In this document: positions 11,074 through 18,567 of the stretch, piece after piece
How the letters are laid out: the number at the start of each line of letters is the position of its first letter
Numbering within the stretch: the first letter of the stretch is position 1
From: an uncultured Porphyromonadaceae bacterium
GTDB taxonomy: Bacteria; Bacteroidota; Bacteroidia; Bacteroidales; UBA11471
Assembly: GCA_900547555.1 (NCBI GenBank)
Contig: URHG01000006.1
Coordinates: forward strand, 7,640 to 71,639
Length of the DNA stretch: 64,000 nucleotides
Direction: 5' to 3'
Notes under the pieces: model-generated
Seen by the model: only the letters and a program-made list of their open reading frames with translations
What the model was told of the DNA's origin: nothing
Databases searched by the model: none
Made by a program: the position numbers and the translations under genes

Positions 11074-11890
11074 ATTCTCCAAGTATTTTAAGTTCTTTGA
11101 TAAGGGGGGTAATCGCATCGACTGCCTGACGGTATCGCAAACGGTCTTCATATACGACGTCGATATAGAATTGGTATTCCCATTCGCGTCCGATGATGGG
11201 GAGAGACTGTATTTTTGTCAGGATCATTTTGTAATAAGAGAGTATCGATAGAACCTGAGACAAGCTGCCTTCGGTATGCGGGAGGGTAAATACGAGGCTC
11301 GATTTGTTGCAGGCCTTGTTTTTGCGCAATTCGTCGGCATGCCAACGATTGGCCAAAATCAGAAAACGGGTGGAATTGTGTTTGTTGGTTTCGATGCCCT
11401 CTTGCAGAATTTTCAATCCGTACATGGCCGCTACGTCTTTGCCGCAAATGGCGGCATGTCCGCGCAGTTTGTTCTCGAAAATATCTTCTGCACTCTTGGC
11501 TGTATCTTCGGCTTCCACAGCTTTGATATTGGGGTGGGCGTTCAAGAACTCTCTACATTGCATGAGTGCTATGGGGTGGGAGCTTACCTCTGTTATATCT
11601 TCCCAATTGTCTTCGGGCAGACACATGATTGAGTGTGAAATGTGCAGGCGGGCTTCCCCGATGATTTGCGTGTCGCTTTCGCGCAAGAGTTCGTGATTTT
11701 GCAGTAAGCTCCCAGCTATGGTATTTTCGATGGCCATGAGTCCGATGACAGAATCGTCTTTTTTTATCATCGAAAAAATATTTTCGAAGCGGGCGCAATA
11801 AATTACTTCTATATCTTCACCCGAGAAATACCGGTGTGCGGTTATGTCGTGAAAAGAACCTTTGGCTCCTTGTATGGCAATACGTTTCAT
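11048..11890 (-). CDS. pheA: prephenate dehydratase (PDT + ACT domains, no fused chorismate mutase)
   Basis: ORF 11048..11971. Start ATG 11890 (MKRIAIQGAKGSFHD). It has the TRF motif (NSTRFLIL) and a C-terminal ACT-like region. Confidence 0.9.
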   Translation of the reverse strand: MKRIAIQGAKGSFHDITAHRYFSGEDIEVIYCARFENIFSMIKKDDSVIGLMAIENTIAGSLLQNHELLRESDTQIIGEARLHISHSIMCLPEDNWEDITEVSSHPIALMQCREFLNAHPNIKAVEAEDTAKSAEDIFENKLRGHAAICGKDVAAMYGLKILQEGIETNKHNSTRFLILANRWHADELRKNKACNKSSLVFTLPHTEGSLSQVLSILSYYKMILTKIQSLPIIGREWEYQFYIDVVYEDRLRYRQAVDAITPLIKELKILGEYAESKNDL

Positions 11891-11908
11891 ATTTGTGTTT
11901 TGTGTTAT

Positions 11909-11943
11909 AAAAAAATTCCCACTCTTCTGTGTCAGAAGGTGGG
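11909..11943 (-). terminator. attenuator 2 intrinsic terminator, 18 nt upstream of pheA ATG
   Basis: Minus strand reads CCCACCTTCTG-ACA-CAGAAG(A)GTGGG (11 bp, one bulged A) followed by AATTTTTTT. Confidence 0.75.
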
Positions 11944-12054
11944 ATAACATATCATCGAGTTTTTGAGGCATGTGCGATTGCCTCCCACCTTAATGCCTTG
12001 TTGCATAAAGTAGAAAAAATAAAAACCGTAAAATCGAGAAAATGAATGTTTCAT
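11932..12054 (-). CDS. candidate leader peptide 2 (MKHSFSRFYGFYFFYFMQQGIKVGGNRTCLKNSMICYPTF)
   Basis: ATG at 12054 (an alternative in-frame ATG at 12060 gives MTMKH...). Nine of the first 16 codons are Phe/Tyr. It is the in-frame 3-prime part of track ORF 11932..12120. The stop TGA sits in the terminator loop. Confidence 0.55.
   Translation of the reverse strand: MKHSFSRFYGFYFFYFMQQGIKVGGNRTCLKNSMICYPTF
11936..11991 (-). promoter_or_regulatory. attenuator 2 antiterminator pairing
   Basis: Minus-strand AAGGTGGGA (11991-11983) is the perfect complement of TCCCACCTT (11944-11936). The latter is the 5-prime arm of the terminator, so the two structures are mutually exclusive. Confidence 0.6.
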
Positions 12055-12067
12055 AGTCATGTATATT

Positions 12068-12095
12068 AAAAAATCCCGTCTTGCGAACGGGATTT
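12068..12095 (-). terminator. attenuator 1 intrinsic terminator
   Basis: Minus strand reads AAATCCCGT-TCGCAAG-ACGGGATTT, with the run continuing as TTTTTT. It ends 8 nt before the second leader ORF region. Confidence 0.75.
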
Positions 12096-12134
12096 CTTTA
12101 TTTTGTGAATCATTAGCCATACAGAATCCCGTTC
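12085..12134 (-). promoter_or_regulatory. attenuator 1 antiterminator pairing
   Basis: GAACGGGATT (12134-12125) lies directly after the leader stop codon. It is the perfect 10-nt complement of AATCCCGTTC (12094-12085), which overlaps the terminator 5-prime arm. Confidence 0.7.
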
Positions 12135-12191
12135 TTACTTTTGGGTAAAGTAAAAATAGAAAAAGTAAGTATAGCTAAAACAATGTTTCAT
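12135..12191 (-). CDS. candidate leader peptide 1 (MKHCFSYTYFFYFYFTQK, 18 aa)
   Basis: Below the ORF-track size cutoff and found by hand translation of the minus strand. ATG 12191, TAA 12137-12135, with 5 Phe and 4 Tyr codons in 18. Confidence 0.7.
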   Translation of the reverse strand: MKHCFSYTYFFYFYFTQK

Positions 12192-12215
12192 CTTTTGCTG
12201 TTGCTTTTACGGCGA

Positions 12216-12223
12216 CAAAGATA
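12216..12223 (-). promoter_or_regulatory. candidate -7 promoter element (TATCTTTG on minus strand) for the leader/pheA operon
   Basis: Plus caaagata. It lies 24 nt upstream of the leader peptide 1 ATG. Confidence 0.5.
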
Positions 12224-12396
12224 GAAAAGATTACGAGAAGAAAAAAGTATTTTGCAATTTTTTTTGTCAAAAAGAAAAGCAAATGCCATTTCTGAAAAAG
12301 AAACTGTAAATTATAGTAAGCGCTAACCCGTGCGGTCGAGAATCGATTCTGTTTTCTTCTTTAATATGTAAATATATTTGTTATTATAAATATTAT

Positions 12397-12404
12397 TATA
12401 TTTG
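12397..12404 (+). promoter_or_regulatory. candidate -7 promoter element TATATTTG for mscL
   Basis: Matches TAnnTTTG, 22 nt upstream of ATG 12426. A second copy lies at 12373-12380. Confidence 0.4.
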
Positions 12405-12425
12405 CATAACTAAAATCAAATTATT

Positions 12426-12863
12426 ATGAAAAAAATTATTCAGGAGTTCAAGGCATTTGCTATGCGAGGGAATGTCGTTGATATGGCTGTCGGTGTGATT
12501 ATCGGTGGTGCATTCGGTAAGATTGTGTCATCGTTGGTTGCTGATATTATCATGCCGTTGATCGGAGTGCTGATCGGAGGTGTGAATTTCAAGGATTTGA
12601 AGTGGACATTCCATTCTCCTTCCATCGGTGAAGGAATCCCTGCACAGGAGGTTACCGTGAATTACGGTAATTTTATACAAGTAACATTTGATTTCCTGAT
12701 TATTGCATTTTCCATCTTCCTTTTTGTGAAACTCATCACTCGCTTCTCGCGTAAGAAAGCCGAAGAAGAGGCTGCCAAACCGACCCCGGCTCCGGTTGTT
12801 CCCGAAGACGTAAAATTATTGCAGGAAATACGGGATCTCTTAAAACAGAATAACCAGAAATGA
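12426..12863 (+). CDS. mscL: large-conductance mechanosensitive channel
   Basis: 145 aa. The N-terminus [41 protein letters not shown] is the MscL signature. Confidence 0.95.
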   Translation: MKKIIQEFKAFAMRGNVVDMAVGVIIGGAFGKIVSSLVADIIMPLIGVLIGGVNFKDLKWTFHSPSIGEGIPAQEVTVNYGNFIQVTFDFLIIAFSIFLFVKLITRFSRKKAEEEAAKPTPAPVVPEDVKLLQEIRDLLKQNNQK

Positions 12864-12958
12864 TATATTTCCCCGAGAAAAAATAAAGGAAGAAAATTTC
12901 GACGTATATTCTTTGTTATTGGAATAAATGATTATCTTTGGAGGAAAATAGAAATGGT

Positions 12959-13417
12959 ATGAATGCAGCACGTGAATCGATTTTGAAACTAATTACAGAG
13001 GCATTCTGCGAAGCAATAGAAAAGGTCAAAAACGATAGTGTATTTTCTTTGACAGATATGTATGTGGGATTCAAGCCCGAAGATCTGTCACTGTCGTTTT
13101 TTGACGATAATGATGTTTTATTGTTGCAGATAACCCTCGATGGGTGTGAATCCCTTAAAGAAAATTCCGAAGAATTGTCGTCGGAGTTGATTCCGTTATT
13201 GCGTCAGGCATTGGATTCTCCCGAAGTAAATGCTGCATTCGGTTCGCTCGATACGGTAGCGCCGGTCTCTGTTATTTTGGTAACGGAAGACAAAGAGACT
13301 CTGTGTGAGTTGAAGACATTCGATAATGAAATGGTTTTTCTCGAAGATGATTTCTTGAAAAAAATGGGGCAGGAGTTGGACGAATTTTTTGAAAAACTGA
13401 TGTCCGATATGAAATGA
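12959..13417 (+). CDS. hypothetical acidic cytoplasmic protein
   Basis: ORF 12938..13417 begins at TTG. The first in-frame ATG is 12959 (MNAARESILKL). It is very D/E-rich, and I recognise no motif. Confidence 0.6.
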   Translation: MNAARESILKLITEAFCEAIEKVKNDSVFSLTDMYVGFKPEDLSLSFFDDNDVLLLQITLDGCESLKENSEELSSELIPLLRQALDSPEVNAAFGSLDTVAPVSVILVTEDKETLCELKTFDNEMVFLEDDFLKKMGQELDEFFEKLMSDMK

Positions 13418-13426
13418 CAGAAAAAG

Positions 13427-13456
13427 AGAAAGGGATTGCTCCTGCAATCCCTTTCT
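13427..13456. terminator. bidirectional hairpin between convergent genes
   Basis: agaaagggattgc-tcct-gcaatccctttct is a 13-bp perfect stem. It has an A run upstream and a T-rich tract downstream. Confidence 0.7.
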
Positions 13457-13489
13457 TGTTTGAAATTTCCCCCGTGCTTCTTTATCGTT

Positions 13490-13714
13490 TTAGAAGCTGA
13501 AAAAGCCCAGTGGCTGTTTATTGCTGACATACCATTCGCCGTCTTGTTCATCACAATAGATGTGATGTTCGCAGGCAAGCCAGCCGATAGCTGCAAAGAA
13601 GTCTTTGTCCGACAATGAAAGCAGCTTTTTTACTTGGTTTGTCGTGATGGAATATGTCCCTTCCAGGATATGCCATATACGACCTGCATTTACTGCAATA
13701 TCCAACGTTTTCAT
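13490..13714 (-). CDS. small winged-helix protein (DUF2582-like)
   Basis: 74 aa, MKTLDIAVNAGRIWHILEG...LSLSDKDFFAAIGWLACEHHI. The size and pattern match the DUF2582 family as I remember it. Confidence 0.6.
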   Translation of the reverse strand: MKTLDIAVNAGRIWHILEGTYSITTNQVKKLLSLSDKDFFAAIGWLACEHHIYCDEQDGEWYVSNKQPLGFFSF

Positions 13715-13833
13715 AATGTTGGGATTAAATTTCGTTCTAAATATAGGGCTTGAAGATTATAAATCAAAATATTTATAGCTTATTTTTTGTTCAGATAGTC
13801 GGTTCTGGTCCTTTTTTAAGATATGATAATTTT

Positions 13834-13995
13834 TTAAGTGTAAATTATCTCCTGAAAAATAGTGTTTCGGTAGAAGTCGCTTTCAATTACGTTATCTGAG
13901 TACAATAGAGTTTCGGCAAAAAGCCAGTATAAGAGAAGGATAATGGCTAGAAATACGGCTATACCTGTTCCTATTTTTTTTGTGTTGGGAGACAT
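13834..13995 (-). CDS. possible small membrane protein (53 aa)
   Basis: Hand-translated: MSPNTKKIGTGIAVFLAIILLLYWLFAETLLYSDNVIESDFYRNTIFQEIIYT. It has one clear TM helix and lies 70 nt downstream of aroE on the same strand. It is below the ORF-track cutoff. Confidence 0.3.
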   Translation of the reverse strand: MSPNTKKIGTGIAVFLAIILLLYWLFAETLLYSDNVIESDFYRNTIFQEIIYT

Positions 13996-14064
13996 AGATT
14001 TTATCTGTATGGTTATTTTTCTTATAACATACAGAGATGAAAAAATGTTCTTATGCCTTTTGTA

Positions 14065-14817
14065 TTATTTATTCCATATTTCCCAACTGGCATAGGCTTG
14101 CAGCAGAAGCATTTCCAATCCGTTTTTTATAGCGGCTCCTTGATGGGCGCATTTTTCCAGAAAAAGAGTCATTTCGGGATTGTAAACCAAGTCATAAGCC
14201 AGATGCAGTGGGGTAATGTATGAGTAAGGAATATTCGGACAAGTTTCTGTTCGTGGATACATACCCAGAGGAGTTGCATTCACGATGATTTTGTGTTCGT
14301 CGAGAATTTCAGGCGTAAGGTCGTCATAACAAAGAATTCCTTCTTGGGCGGTTCGCGATACCAGCTGGGGGGTGATACCCAACGAAAGTAATCCGTACCA
14401 TACGGCTTTTGATGCACCGCCCGTTCCCAAAATAAGAGCCTTTCGATGATGGTCTTTGATATAGGGCCTGATGGAATCGGTAAATCCTATGATGTCCGAA
14501 TTATACCCTTTCAAAATAAGTTTGCCTTTTTCCCGAATAAATTTGACTACATTCACGGCTCCGATCATTTGTGCGGTTCCGTCCATTTCATCAAGGTAGG
14601 GAATAATACTTTCTTTGTATGGTATCGTAACATTCAGCCCGCACAACTCCGGAGTCTCTTCTACGACCAGCCGTATATCTTCTATGCGGTCTATTTCGAA
14701 GTTCCTATATTCGGCGGCTATTTTTTCATTCGTAAATTTTTCGTTGAAAAAATTTCGGGAAAACGAGTGGGAAAGCCGGTATCCTACAAGTCCGTACACC
14801 TGATTGATTGTATCCAT
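14065..14817 (-). CDS. aroE: shikimate 5-dehydrogenase
   Basis: 250 aa. SKS-type N-terminus (YRLSHSFS), NVTIPYKE motif, and NADP-binding GTGGASKAV. Confidence 0.92.
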   Translation of the reverse strand: MDTINQVYGLVGYRLSHSFSRNFFNEKFTNEKIAAEYRNFEIDRIEDIRLVVEETPELCGLNVTIPYKESIIPYLDEMDGTAQMIGAVNVVKFIREKGKLILKGYNSDIIGFTDSIRPYIKDHHRKALILGTGGASKAVWYGLLSLGITPQLVSRTAQEGILCYDDLTPEILDEHKIIVNATPLGMYPRTETCPNIPYSYITPLHLAYDLVYNPEMTLFLEKCAHQGAAIKNGLEMLLLQAYASWEIWNK

Positions 14818-14818
14818 G

Positions 14819-15802
14819 TTATCCTTTGTATTTGGCAGTTTTCAAAATATTCATTTCGTCGTTTTCTTGCCACAAGTCGGGCAACTCATTACCTGTTTGT
14901 CGCATATATTCCGATACGATACGCCAACCGATATACCGACCTGCTTGTCCCGGAGATTGTTGCGTAAGCGGTGCGGTAAACGGTGCAGGCGAAAGATATT
15001 TGCCTATCAGAAAACGGTCGGTCGAATAAAGGTCTTTTTGCTTTAAGAGAGTGTTCCACATGACCGATTCGTTATCTTGGCACCATTGCAACTGTTCTTT
15101 CGTATAGCCGAACAAGAATTCCGGTGCTGCATCGGGAAGTATCTGTTGCAGACAATAAATGATTTTGCCTTCGTATATCATTTCTCTCAATAATGTCGAT
15201 TCCATTTTGTCCGGGATAGGGTGTCGGGTGTAGAGTATGACTTTCAGAACATCGGGGACGATATAGGCTTTTTCTTTGCGTTGCAGCTGATAGGGATTGA
15301 ATATGGAATGATACGGTACAAAATCGCTTCCCAAATAATGGTCGAGCGATATGGATAGGATAGTGTCGATGTTGATGATCTGTTGCTGTAATCCCGATAT
15401 GTGGCAATACAGTTGTGAGGGAAGTGTATCGCCCGGCATTAATTTTTTATAACAGGCAAAAGCTCGGGACAACTCTTTTTCGATTTCGCTTGTATCGAAA
15501 AACAAACTGTCTGCTGCCCGATATAGTATTTGCATGTCGGTCTCGGAAAGCCGTTTTATAAGCGCATCTTTTTCCGAAGAGTCGTTTGGAGAAAGATGCA
15601 AAATTTCTGAAATATATAACGGGTAGAATATTGAATACCGGTCGAGAAAATTTTTCTCTGTGTTTGTGTCGTTCGTTTGTATAAAGGCCGTTAGATCTCG
15701 GTCGTATCGCGTCAGGAAAATAGATTCTGCCGCATCTTTCTTATCGGTGCTACAAGCTCCGAATAATCCGATGAAAATGAGAAAAACCGCAATACGTATC
15801 AT
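14819..15802 (-). CDS. lipoprotein, GldB/DUF2268-like (tentative)
   Basis: Lipobox FGAC. The C-terminal half (MIYEGKIIY...GYTKEQLQWCQDNESVMW...PAPF...SPGQAGRYIGWRIVSEYM...KYKG) resembles Flavobacterium GldB as I recall it. Its stop is 1 nt from the aroE start. Confidence 0.55.
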   Translation of the reverse strand: MIRIAVFLIFIGLFGACSTDKKDAAESIFLTRYDRDLTAFIQTNDTNTEKNFLDRYSIFYPLYISEILHLSPNDSSEKDALIKRLSETDMQILYRAADSLFFDTSEIEKELSRAFACYKKLMPGDTLPSQLYCHISGLQQQIINIDTILSISLDHYLGSDFVPYHSIFNPYQLQRKEKAYIVPDVLKVILYTRHPIPDKMESTLLREMIYEGKIIYCLQQILPDAAPEFLFGYTKEQLQWCQDNESVMWNTLLKQKDLYSTDRFLIGKYLSPAPFTAPLTQQSPGQAGRYIGWRIVSEYMRQTGNELPDLWQENDEMNILKTAKYKG

Positions 15803-15832
15803 ACGAATCTGTTCGACAAAGATGTTTTACAA

Positions 15833-15840
15833 CAAAGATA
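15833..15840 (-). promoter_or_regulatory. candidate -7 element (TATCTTTG on minus strand)
   Basis: Plus caaagata, 31 nt upstream of ATG 15802. Confidence 0.4.
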
Positions 15841-15947
15841 ACGTATACTGCGGGTATAAGCAAATGTTTTGACGTTTTCCCGAGAATATTGTTTTTATTA
15901 CGAAACGGGCTGAATAAGACGCAATGATAGAAACAATAGATTAGAAG

Positions 15948-16298
15948 CTATTTTGTTTTTTCTCTTTCTTTTGTTATTTCTTCTTGCTCCTTTTTTAATT
16001 GAGCTTGGGTTTTTTTCAATCGGGCTTGTTCTTTGGCCAACTTTTCTTTTTCTACGCGCAATTGTTTTTGGCGTTTTTTATGGGAGATATGCTGACTTTT
16101 TCGAGAATTTTTTATTTTACCTTGTTCTCTTTGTTGCTCTTCTATGGATTTTTGGGGAATACTATCATTGTTCAGGAGAGAATGTCGAGGCATTATTTGC
16201 ATCTGCGAATAATGTCGGATATGCTCATTGCTTTGGGCTGTCAGGCTGACGAATAAAAAGAAAATAATAAAGCAGGGTATTAAAATTTTGTTGTTCAT
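15948..16298 (-). CDS. secreted hypothetical protein with K/E/Q-rich coiled-coil-like tail
   Basis: 116 aa. Signal peptide MNNKILIPCFIIFFLFVSLTAQ. C-terminal low-complexity region KRQKQLRVEKEKLAKEQARLKKTQAQLKKEQEE. Confidence 0.6.
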   Translation of the reverse strand: MNNKILIPCFIIFFLFVSLTAQSNEHIRHYSQMQIMPRHSLLNNDSIPQKSIEEQQREQGKIKNSRKSQHISHKKRQKQLRVEKEKLAKEQARLKKTQAQLKKEQEEITKEREKTK

Positions 16299-16344
16299 GG
16301 CAAGTTCTATATTATGCGTTGTTTAGTAAGCGATGTTTGAGCAA

Positions 16345-16352
16345 CAAAGATA
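16345..16352 (-). promoter_or_regulatory. candidate -7 element (TATCTTTG on minus strand)
   Basis: Plus caaagata, 47 nt upstream of ATG 16298. Confidence 0.35.
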
Positions 16353-16443
16353 ACAAAAAAAATATATTGGGGCAAAGTGTTGCGTATATATGGCGGAATA
16401 ATATATTTTACACTTTAAAAAGTAATGGCTTCTTATTTTTTGC

Positions 16444-16451
16444 TATCTTTG
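16444..16451 (+). promoter_or_regulatory. candidate -7 element TATCTTTG
   Basis: 54 nt upstream of the amidase ATG 16505. Confidence 0.35.
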
Positions 16452-16504
16452 CCGCATAAGATGAGAATTTTGCTCAGAAAAGGTTTTGCTCATTGGTATA
16501 ATGC

Positions 16505-17554
16505 ATGAAAAATACTTTATTTATATATATTGTAGCGTTTATTTCTGCCTTGTTTTTTACGGTAGAGATCGAGGCAAAGGATAAATTTGTCGTCGTTATC
16601 GATGCTGGACATGGCGGCAATGATCCCGGTGCCGTTGCAAATCGATTGAAAGAAAAGAATATCAATCTCGACATTGCTTTGAAGTTGGGAAAAATGATAC
16701 AACGGAATTGTTCCGATACGAAGGTGATATACACCCGTAGCAAAGATGTTTTTGTAACATTGAAAGGGCGTACCGAAATCGGAAACAAAGCCAAAGCCGA
16801 CCTTTTTATTTCCATACATACCAATTCTGCAAAAAGCACCTCTGCAAAAGGTACGGAAACATATATATATGGTTTGGAACAGACCGGCATAAATATGGAG
16901 GTCGCTAAGCGGGAAAATTCGGTCATTCTTTTGGAGGAAGATTATTCTACGACCTATCAGGGATATGATCCCAATTCGGTAGAGTCGTTTATTATGTTCG
17001 ATTTTCAGCAGAATAAGTATTTCGAGCAGAGTATTCATTTTGCATCGATGGTACAAGAGCAATTTCGGGTTTTGGCCAAGCGACCCGACCGCAGTGTCCG
17101 TCAGCAGAATTTGTTGGTGCTCCGTCTTTCGGCGATGCCCAGTATATTGGTGGAAGTCGGGTATATCAGTAATCCGTCCGACGCAGCATTTCTCGGTAAA
17201 GATGCCAATCGAACAAAATTGGCAGAATCGATATATCGGGCATTTGTCGCGTATAAAGACGAGTGGAATCGAAAAAATCTTTCGGAGCATGTCGAACGGA
17301 AGGCAAGGGTATCGTCATCGTCGGGGGTGGTCTATAAAGTACAATTGTTGGCTTCGAAAAAGAAACTTTCATTGAAAGATCCATGTTTCAAAGGATTATC
17401 TCCGATTTCTTACTATGAGGAAAACGGGTGGTATAAATATACCTATGGAGAATCGACCCGGAGAGAGGCGTTGTCGGGGAAACTTGCCGAAGCCAAACGT
17501 TATTTTAAAGATGCATATATCGTTTCTTTTAAAAAAGGGAAAAAACTAAAATAA
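16505..17554 (+). CDS. N-acetylmuramoyl-L-alanine amidase (Amidase_3) with C-terminal SPOR-like domain
   Basis: 349 aa. VVIDAGHGGNDPGA zinc-amidase motif and ...ISIHTNS... are present. The C-terminal about 70 aa (YKVQLLASKKKL...YKYTYGES...A) is SPOR-like. Confidence 0.9.
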   Translation: MKNTLFIYIVAFISALFFTVEIEAKDKFVVVIDAGHGGNDPGAVANRLKEKNINLDIALKLGKMIQRNCSDTKVIYTRSKDVFVTLKGRTEIGNKAKADLFISIHTNSAKSTSAKGTETYIYGLEQTGINMEVAKRENSVILLEEDYSTTYQGYDPNSVESFIMFDFQQNKYFEQSIHFASMVQEQFRVLAKRPDRSVRQQNLLVLRLSAMPSILVEVGYISNPSDAAFLGKDANRTKLAESIYRAFVAYKDEWNRKNLSEHVERKARVSSSSGVVYKVQLLASKKKLSLKDPCFKGLSPISYYEENGWYKYTYGESTRREALSGKLAEAKRYFKDAYIVSFKKGKKLK

Positions 17555-17578
17555 CCAAGATACTTCAATAATTTAGAT

Positions 17579-18475
17579 ATGAAAAAATATTTCTCGAAAG
17601 AGGTGAAGATCGCCATTTCGGTTATCGTAAGTGCTGTCATACTTTATTTCGGTATCGAATTTCTGAAAGGTATCAATCTGATGCAGCCGTCCAATTATTA
17701 TTATATCCGGTATGACAATGTGGCAGGGCTTACTGTATCTACGCCTGTTACTGTCGATGGCTTCAAAGTGGGACTTGTGCGTAGCATAGAGTATGATTAT
17801 GATGCTTACAATGGTGCTGTGGTGGAGGTAATGCTCGATAAGAAATTGAAAGTTCCCGAAGGCAGCAAAGCCGTGCTTCAAGCCGATTTGTTGGGTACGG
17901 TAACTTTGGCGTTGCAGTTGAATAAGTATGTTTCGACCTATTATTCTCCCGGAGATTATTTGGTAGGGGAATCCGACGCCGGACTTATGGGAAGTGTAGA
18001 AGAAGAATTGTTGCCGTCTTTGGCAGCAATGATTCCCAAGATAGATAGTGTTCTCGATGGCTTGAATACGATTGTCAGGTCTCAGGAGTTGAACACAACA
18101 CTTGTTAATGCTGCTAAAATATCAGATGATTTACGTGCCGCGTCGCATCATCTGTCATTGTTGCTGACGGATTCTATACCGGCTATCGTTTCGGACGTAA
18201 AAAGGATAACAAGTCACCTCGATGTATTTACGGCCGAACTTTCCCAGACGAATATTCGACAGACAATCGAGCATATCGACGAAGTTGTCGTATCGGTCGA
18301 TACACTTATGGCAAAATTACAACAACCCGATAATACGGTTGGGGCATTGCTGTCCGACCGCCAGTTATATGAGTCGTTGAATGCAACGGTAATGAGTGCC
18401 GATTCATTGTTGATCGATTTGAGACTCAATCCCAAGCGATATGTTCATTTTTCACTCTTCGGCGGAAAGAAATAA
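17579..18475 (+). CDS. MlaD/MCE family protein
   Basis: 298 aa. An N-terminal TM helix is followed by an MCE fold (YYIRYDNVAGLTVSTPVTVDGFKVGLV) and a helical C-terminus. Confidence 0.8.
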   Translation: MKKYFSKEVKIAISVIVSAVILYFGIEFLKGINLMQPSNYYYIRYDNVAGLTVSTPVTVDGFKVGLVRSIEYDYDAYNGAVVEVMLDKKLKVPEGSKAVLQADLLGTVTLALQLNKYVSTYYSPGDYLVGESDAGLMGSVEEELLPSLAAMIPKIDSVLDGLNTIVRSQELNTTLVNAAKISDDLRAASHHLSLLLTDSIPAIVSDVKRITSHLDVFTAELSQTNIRQTIEHIDEVVVSVDTLMAKLQQPDNTVGALLSDRQLYESLNATVMSADSLLIDLRLNPKRYVHFSLFGGKK

Positions 18476-18476
18476 T

Positions 18477-18513
18477 ATTTTTATTATTTAGACACATTCT
18501 AAATAATAAAAAT
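18477..18513. repeat. 16-bp perfect AT-rich inverted repeat (5-nt spacer)
   Basis: atttttattatttaga-cacat-tctaaataataaaaat. All 16 positions pair, with a single G-C pair. It starts 2 nt after the mlaD-like stop. Confidence 0.9.
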
Positions 18514-18538
18514 GGTGGGATAATTTTTCATCACTTGT

Positions 18539-18567
18539 AAAAAACGCCTTATATCAAGGCGTTTTTT
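18539..18567 (+). terminator. intrinsic terminator
   Basis: aaaaacgcctt-atatc-aaggcgttttt followed by more T. Confidence 0.75.

Noticed and set aside
11932-12120. 62-aa ORF (MANDSQNKEIPFARRDFLIY MTMKHSF...) taken as a single protein
   Set aside because: Its 5-prime part would be translated straight through the attenuator 1 terminator hairpin and T tract. The sequence is better explained as non-coding attenuator 1 RNA followed by leader peptide 2 starting at 12054 or 12060.
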